Shown one piece after another: positions 63,027 to 64,000 of a DNA stretch of 64,000 nucleotides (position 1 is the first letter of the stretch; every line of letters begins with the position of its first letter). The notes beneath the pieces are model-generated. The model worked only from the letters and a program-made list of their open reading frames with translations. It did not search any database and had not been told where the DNA came from. The DNA is taken from the NCBI GenBank assembly GCA_963848965.1, contig CAWKFG010000004.1:640001-704000 (forward strand), in the 5' to 3' direction. The stretch comes from an uncultured bacterium (lineage in GTDB: Bacteria > Babelota > Babeliae > Babelales > Babelaceae). A program made the translations under genes and the position numbers.

Positions 63027-63800
63027 CTAGTACTTATAATAGTATCCTGTAGGAGGCAAAGGAGTAGTTGGCCATTTATCGGCAAGAATAATTTTGCGCC
63101 TATTAAAAACTTCTAAAGTGCTTACTTTAAAAGTGGTACACAGAAAGTCTATATAACGTTTAATTTCAGAACCTTCTTGTATAGGTGAATTCATATTATC
63201 AAAAATATATAATCCTCTATGGGACCCATCTTTTTGCACAAGTGAGACTAGAATACAATGATCTTCTCCCTTTGCAAATACGTGGCATACAAAGTGAATA
63301 CAGTATAACTTCTTTCCTTCAAGCTCTTTTTTAAGTTCTGTGAGCAGCGCTTGCTCTCTTTTGGTTATCGCACGCTCAAGAAGCCGTTGTACTTCATAAT
63401 CTGGTATATCTGCACGGATAGTAATAGTTGTTGGGCTATTAAGAAGAGGTGCAATTTTACCTCCACCATTATTTAAATAGACAATGTTTTGTAATTTGCA
63501 CTGTGTTGCAAGCTTTTCTATATCCATATTTGAAATACCATCACGAGGACCCTTATGGGTTCTACGTATAAAAGCAGTACACAACTCATTAAATTGTTTA
63601 AAATTGCTATAAGAGTTTTTAAATCCTAACGTATTTTCTAGGTTACATGCGTTAAACAATGCATTATAACCGCATGACCATTCATCTATTTGATGAGCTT
63701 GCATATGATATACAGCCTTTGAAGAGATACTTGATGGTACTGGCATATATTTCGCTTGTACAGTAAAGCATGAAAGGACTAGAAGCGCCCACATAAGCAT
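63027..63800 (-). CDS. Secreted hypothetical protein, candidate papain-fold cysteine protease
   Basis: Signal peptide; Q37..WSC43GYNAL, H181CILV, YIFD201N in papain-like order. Confidence 0.55.
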   Translation of the reverse strand: MLMWALLVLSCFTVQAKYMPVPSSISSKAVYHMQAHQIDEWSCGYNALFNACNLENTLGFKNSYSNFKQFNELCTAFIRRTHKGPRDGISNMDIEKLATQCKLQNIVYLNNGGGKIAPLLNSPTTITIRADIPDYEVQRLLERAITKREQALLTELKKELEGKKLYCIHFVCHVFAKGEDHCILVSLVQKDGSHRGLYIFDNMNSPIQEGSEIKRYIDFLCTTFKVSTLEVFNRRKIILADKWPTTPLPPTGYYYKY

Positions 63801-64000
63801 AAAGACCCCTTTGTTAGAATGTGTAAGATAAGCGCCATTTAGTTTATGTGCTTTTTTAAGTTATGCAACTGGGCTCTCTACAAAGGCTTCTATTAGATAG
63901 GACACCGTGTGTATGTCATTGTAATGCATGGCATTCAATTTTGAAGGCAATGAAAGGTGCAGCTTTATAAAGCTGCACTCTTTACTATATTATTTTACAG

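Overview
An AT-rich bacterial chromosomal window, most consistent with an intracellular parasite of protists such as Candidatus Dependentiae/Babelota (TM6). That assignment is an inference from the many signal-peptide-bearing ankyrin proteins and membrane-anchored MutS-domain-V proteins. Housekeeping genes (ComM/YifB, acpS, tRNA-fMet, RdgB-like, two Nudix hydrolases, murJ, LolD-like, lon, PfkB kinase, atpD-atpC-HerA, AI-2E transporter) are interspersed with about 30 kb of ankyrin-repeat putative effector genes, including a tandem array of five large genes at 36.2-58.9 kb. The most notable observations are: (1) a ~390-bp mirror-symmetric non-coding element at 31.10-31.49 kb, made of two inverted multi-hairpin units that conserve structure and short motifs rather than sequence, with a possible local G/C skew switch (candidate atypical origin, priming signal or structured RNA pair); (2) a Met placed right after the predicted signal peptide in all intact ankyrin/effector-like proteins but not in other exported proteins; (3) a shared C-terminal module, NLS-like tracts and hypervariable loop insertions in the ankyrin family; (4) F-box-like and Josephin/papain-like candidate effectors; (5) a frameshift-split ankyrin gene. 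No CRISPR array, rRNA, transposase or integrase was seen.
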